Assembly: GCF_009914755.1 (NCBI RefSeq)
Contig: NC_060926.1
From: the human T2T-CHM13v2.0 reference genome, Homo sapiens
DNA length: 64,000 bases
Direction: 5' to 3' (one strand)
Position numbers and translations under genes: made by a program. This document shows, one piece after another, positions 61,391 through 64,000 of this stretch. The notes under the pieces were generated by a model. The model searched no databases. It was not told the DNA's origin and saw nothing but the letters and a program-made list of their open reading frames with translations. How positions within the stretch are numbered: the stretch's first letter is position 1; each line of letters opens with the position of its first letter.

Positions 61391-64000
61391 TCCCGGGTCA
61401 TCCAGGTGGTGCTGTCACATGGGCCACGTGGCTTCAACCTGAGCCTTGGACTTGTCCCTCCTGTGAAGTGAGAGGAGGGGCCTGGTGGCCCCGAGTCCTG
61501 TTGATCCTGATATTTGGGGGCACCCGGGGCTGGCTGGCGTCCTTCGTGCAGGCACCTCATTGCTGGGCTGTCTCCACAGTGTGTGAGAAGGCCAGATTCA
61601 GCGGCAATTCCTCCGGGAGGCCCACCGGGAAGATCTTTGGAGGCCAGAGGGCTGAGCCTTAGCGGTGGCCATGGCAGGCCAGTCTCCTCTACCTAGGCGG
61701 GCACATCTGTGGAGCTGCCCTCATCGACAGCAACTGGGTGGCCTCTGCTGCTCACTGCTTCCAAAGATGCATCTTCCCTCCACGGGCCCCGCTGTGGGAG
61801 TGCATGCAAGAGGGAAGCCCAAAGTGAGGGCGCAGTCTTTTCTTTGTACGCTTTGTTCTGGGACAGTTTGCTGCCCCAGGTGTCCTGCCTTTGACCCAGC
61901 AGTGCCCTGTGCCTGGAATGCTGTCCCTGCTCGTCACTCTGCTCCAGTCTCCTGACCAACTGTGTGGCATCTCCCAAGCAGAGGCTCCTACCTCATCTCT
62001 CACTCTGGGGTTGGGCATTCCCCAACCCCACCCCACCCCACACCACATTGGTCAGCCTGCTAAGATGGTGTGGTTGCCTCATTACATTGCACATTACTTT
62101 GAAATAGCTAAATGGAGCCGGGTGTGATGGCTCACACCTGTAATCCTAGTACTTGGGAGGCTAAGGTGGGAGGATTGTATGAGTCCAGGAATTCCAGACC
62201 AGCCTGGGCAACATAGTGACACCTCATCTCTACAAAAAGTACAAAAATTAGCCGGGCCTGGTGGTGTGCGCCTGTAGTCCCAGCTACTTGGGAGGATCAC
62301 TTGAGCCTGGGAGGTCAAGGCTGCAAGTGACTGTGATCACACCATTGCACTCCACCCTGGGTGACAGAATGAGACCTGTCTGAAAATAAGTAAATAATTA
62401 AAAGTAAAAATAAATAGTTAAGGCCTGTCACGGTGGCTCACACCTGTAATCCCAGCACTTTAGGAGGCCAAGGCAGGTGGATTGCTTGAGCCCAAGAGTT
62501 CAAGACCAGCCTGGGCAACATGGCAAAACCCATCTCTACTAAAAATAAAAAAATTAGCCAAGTACGATGGGGCAGGCCTGTGGTCCCTGCTACTGAGGAG
62601 GCTGAGGCAGGAGGATCACCTGAGCCCAGGGAGGTCGAGGCTGCAGTGAAATGTGGTTGTGCCACTGCACTCCAGCCTGGGCCACAAAGCCAGATCTTGT
62701 CTCAAAAATAAAATAAAATAAATAGCTAAATGAAAATTAACTCACTCTAGTTGGGACTGTCAATAAATACAGGAAAACAGACTTTCGTTCTAAAGGGAAC
62801 CACTTCCAGCCCATTCTCCGTCTGCTGTAAACTTTAGGAATCAAAATCCTAATGTTCCCCTCAGGGTGAACTTTGGTTTCTGCATCTTGCCCAGCTCTAG
62901 GCCATCCACACAATCTCAGTGGGCCTCGGTTTTTCTTGTGTAAATGGTAGTGGGTGTGCAGTGTCCCAGGCCACACACTTGACACACACTTCAGGTGATA
63001 AGACAGAGTGACAGTCCCAGGGCTTCTCAGGGCCAGGCAGGCATGGTCGAGCACCTGGCCCCTTCCAACCAGGGCTCATTGCAGGCTGTCCGGGGAACAC
63101 CTGCCGGAGGCTCCCCTAGGTCCTGGCTACCCACATATGCTGGCACATTCTTCCCCAGAAGGGTCCTGCGACTCTGTATGTCCAGCCACCAGGGGGTTTT
63201 TGTCACTTCTGGAGAATTATTTGCCACCGTCCCCACAGACCAGAGTGAGGGATGAAACAGATGGCCTCTGTCCCAGGAGGTGTGAGGCAGAGGGTCAAGA
63301 GACTGAGTTACTCCTCCGATGCTTCCTGGGCTCGCTGTGTGCCCAAAGGGAGTCAGGGAGGATGTCCAATTCTGAGCCAGGAAGCCAGAGCTTTGGACAT
63401 AGCTGGCTGTAGCATCCTCCTCAGGTCCCACTCATTTATTCAGCATCCACAGGTGCCAGGCCTCAAGTGAGGCCCATTGTGTGGTACATAGAGATGCAAG
63501 CCCCACTCTGAGGCTTCTCATCCTGTCAGGAAAGTGAGGCGCAAGCCCAGGACCATGGTAGACCCTGTGCCAGACAGGGGCTTAGAGCAGGAGAGGCCTT
63601 GGGGGAGGTGGATGCAGCCATGTTGGGGGAGGAGAACCACACAGCCAGGACCTGTGGGTTGGAAAGTCACTCGTTTTCTGGAAACAAGAAGTTCAGTTCC
63701 ATTAACTCCTCCATGTGCTTCACAAATACCTACTGAGTTCCTGTCACCAGGTGGGGCAGCCTTGGAGAAGGTGGTGTGTGAGAACCGGGGAGAAGTGGGT
63801 GGAGCATGCTGGCTAGGGAAACAGGGTCTTTGAGAATTGCTGTAGGTCATGGGGCCTTGGGAAGGTTCTGGTCAGAGCTAGGAATGAGCCAAGTCTCTTC
63901 TTTTCTGAAATGAAGGGGTGAAGTGTAATGCATCGCCAGTGTTTTCTGCACTAAGATTCTCTACTCCTTTGAGTCTGGGGCATGCTGGGAAAGCCATCAG
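60771..64000 (+). pseudogene. PRSS40A: Second PRSS40 pseudogene copy: exon 1 (60771-60894), exon 2 (61580-61766) and part of intron 2; continues beyond the window
   Basis: Reverse complement of the left copy, with the same TAG stops (60870-60872, 61660-61662) and the same AT donor at 61767. Confidence 0.9.

Overview
Primate (almost certainly human) genomic DNA, Alu-rich; by gene content it matches the 2q21.1 CFC1/CFC1B locus. (1) A complete six-coding-exon EGF-CFC gene (Cryptic, 223 aa, + strand, CDS 11347-17757); all splice sites and phases were reconstructed by hand. (2) A five-exon testisin/Tesp-type GPI-anchored serine protease pseudogene (PRSS40/TISP43, - strand, 39771-29721). It has two in-frame TAG stops, a GT->AT donor loss and a GDSGGP->RDSRGP motif, but no frameshifts and an intact His/Asp/Ser triad. 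(3) The centre of a very large, nearly perfect DNA palindrome: 36542-49817 is the reverse complement of 50726-64000 (the right arm runs off the window), with a 908-bp spacer. The right arm carries a second PRSS40 copy (exons 1-2, + strand). The right inner arm boundary is a chimeric Alu, which looks like the scar of the event that made the palindrome. The rest is Alu, L1, L2 and LTR (MER41B, LTR8, MLT, MST) sequence; most entries in the ORF track are repeat-derived noise. Repeat subfamily names are from recalled consensus sequences and their boundaries are approximate. The A/B paralog labels assume reference orientation. I see no wholly new gene system; the most novel material is structural and evolutionary.
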